From positions 1 through 34,880 of the IMG/VR virus record IMGVR_UViG_3300002859_000001: a DNA stretch of 34,880 bases. One strand, written 5' to 3'. Below, piece after piece: positions 33,378 through 34,880 of the stretch (the first letter of the stretch is position 1; every line of letters begins with the position of its first letter). The position numbers were made by a program, and so were the translations under genes. The notes beneath the pieces were generated by a model. The model was given only the letters and a program-made list of their open reading frames with translations. It searched no databases and had not been told where the DNA came from. Origin of the DNA: a virus.

Positions 33378-34880
33378 ACGCGGTTATATATGCCAGGTAT
33401 TCGCCAGGCGGCGATCAGACGGAACAGTCTATCGAAGGCCAGCTTCGGGAATGCCGCGAATTTGCTGACAGGTATGAAATAACGATCGTTGGCGTTTATA
33501 GCGACCATGCAATGACGGGAAAGAACGACCGCCGGCCGGATTTTCTTCGTATGATCGCGGACAGCGAAAGCGGGAAGTTTGAAGCGGTGATCGTCTGGAA
33601 GCTGGACCGTTTCGCCCGTAACAGATACGACAGCGCGATATATAAGGCGAAGCTGAAAAAGAATGGCGTCAAGGTCATTTCAGCCAAAGAGAATATAACG
33701 GACAGCCCGGAAGGGATTATCCTTGAAGCAATGCTGGAAGGCATGGCCGAATATTATTCTGCTAACCTGGCCCAGAACATAAAGCGCGGCATGAAAGAAA
33801 GCGCCCTGAAATGCCAGGTCACGGGCGGAAATATCGCGGCCGGTTATAAGATAGGGCCGAACAAAGAATTCTTGATTGATCCGCCTCAGGCCGCAATCGT
33901 GAAAGAAATATTCGAAAGGTATGACAGCGGCGAAACAGTCACCCAGATCATAACGGCCTTGAATGGTCGTGGCCTGAAAACTTCACGCGGAAAAGCCTTC
34001 GGACACAATAGCCTTCATACAATTTTGAAGAACGAAAAATATATCGGTGTTTATAAATGGAATGACGTCGTAATCGAAGACGGCGTTCCTTCAATTATAG
34101 ATCGCGACCTATTTGACCGGGTTCAGGAAAAAATGACACTGAATAAACGGGCGCCGGCCAGGGCTTCGGGGAAGGTGGACTATTTGTTATCGACGAAGTT
34201 GTTTTGTGGTAAGTGCGGGACGAATATGAATGGCGAAAGCGGCACAAGCAAGACAAAAGGCCGCAAGCATTATTATTATAAATGCGCGTCAGCGAAGCGA
34301 AGGAAGGGCTGTGACAAGAAGCCTGTGAAGAAGGACTGGATCGAAAAACTGGTTGTCACGGAAACAGTCCGTCGCGTCCTGGTTGACCAGGTGATCGAAG
34401 CGATCGCCGACAAGGTGATTGAACTTCAAGGCCGCGAACGTGACAGAAGCATTCTTCGCGCTCTTGAAATGGAACTGGAAGGCGTCAAGAAGTCTATTGC
34501 GAATCTGGTCAAGGCTGTCGAAGCCGGTATCTTTTCAGAATCGACACAGGCCCGTCTGTCTGAACTTGAAAAAGAAAAGAAGGACCTTGAAGGGCGTGTT
34601 GTCCAGGAAGAAATTATCACGCCGAAGGTGACAAAGAACCAGGTGATCTTCTGGCTGGAACAATTCAAAAACGGGGACGTGAACGATCCTTCATATCAGA
34701 AGAAGATCATTGACGTATTCGTCCAGGCCGTTTTTGTTTATGATGATCATATAACGATAACTTATAATTACATTGATGAAAGCGGACGACCGCGAACGGT
34801 ACAGGTTGAAAAAGGCGACTTTCCGACCGATCCGACGAAGTGCGACGTGGGTTCGACTTTGACGTCTTCCCCTCCACCAA
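33374..34880 (+). CDS. int: Large serine recombinase (integrase), open at the window end
   Basis: AVIYARYSPGGDQTEQSIEGQ ... VIVWKLDRFARN resolvase catalytic domain, a recombinase domain, a CGKCG...YYYKC zinc-beta-ribbon and a coiled coil. No stop before 34880. ATGA overlap with the upstream gene. Confidence 0.9.
   Translation, partial: MNAVIYARYSPGGDQTEQSIEGQLRECREFADRYEITIVGVYSDHAMTGKNDRRPDFLRMIADSESGKFEAVIVWKLDRFARNRYDSAIYKAKLKKNGVKVISAKENITDSPEGIILEAMLEGMAEYYSANLAQNIKRGMKESALKCQVTGGNIAAGYKIGPNKEFLIDPPQAAIVKEIFERYDSGETVTQIITALNGRGLKTSRGKAFGHNSLHTILKNEKYIGVYKWNDVVIEDGVPSIIDRDLFDRVQEKMTLNKRAPARASGKVDYLLSTKLFCGKCGTNMNGESGTSKTKGRKHYYYKCASAKRRKGCDKKPVKKDWIEKLVVTETVRRVLVDQVIEAIADKVIELQGRERDRSILRALEMELEGVKKSIANLVKAVEAGIFSESTQARLSELEKEKKDLEGRVVQEEIITPKVTKNQVIFWLEQFKNGDVNDPSYQKKIIDVFVQAVFVYDDHITITYNYIDESGRPRTVQVEKGDFPTDPTKCDVGSTLTSSPPP
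34845..34880. repeat. 36-bp direct terminal repeat, copy 2
   Basis: Identical to 1-36 and lies inside the integrase reading frame. Confidence 0.95.

Noticed and set aside
1-34880. The 36-bp end repeats as attL/attR of an integrated prophage.
   Set aside because: This is not excluded, but serine integrases do not generate long direct repeats, and the integrase ORF plus its terminator are restored only when the ends are joined. A circular-genome junction is the simpler reading.

Overview
The window reads as one complete ~34.8-kb temperate phage genome. It has a contractile tail with a PBSX/Xkd-like structural module and Firmicutes-style AGGAGG ribosome-binding sites. Both ends carry the same 36-bp sequence, and a large serine recombinase ORF runs off the right end and would finish at 120-122 if the ends are joined. 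Almost everything is on the minus strand. Reading right to left: a Cro-like HTH gene, small early ORFs, a recombination/replication module (PD-(D/E)XK nuclease, Rad52-like annealase, replisome organiser, DnaC-like loader, RusA, SSB, MazG), a sigma-like late regulator, terS/terL, portal, head genes, sheath/tube, a frameshifted chaperone, tape measure, baseplate, tail fibre and the lysis cassette. The plus strand carries only the lysogeny module: an XRE repressor, a membrane moron and the integrase. The standout is a diversity-generating retroelement (DGR) in the tail-fibre region, ordered avd, a 106-nt template-like repeat, RT, then a fibre-like target with an internal variable repeat. A third copy of the repeat lies about 21 kb away in a small signal-less protein inside the early replication operon. 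The RT-adjacent copy is not richer in adenines than the fibre copy: all 14 mismatches involve a coding-strand A, but 8 of those As are in the VR rather than the TR. The canonical one-way A-to-N model does not predict this. All family names come from motif recognition by eye; no search or fold was run.
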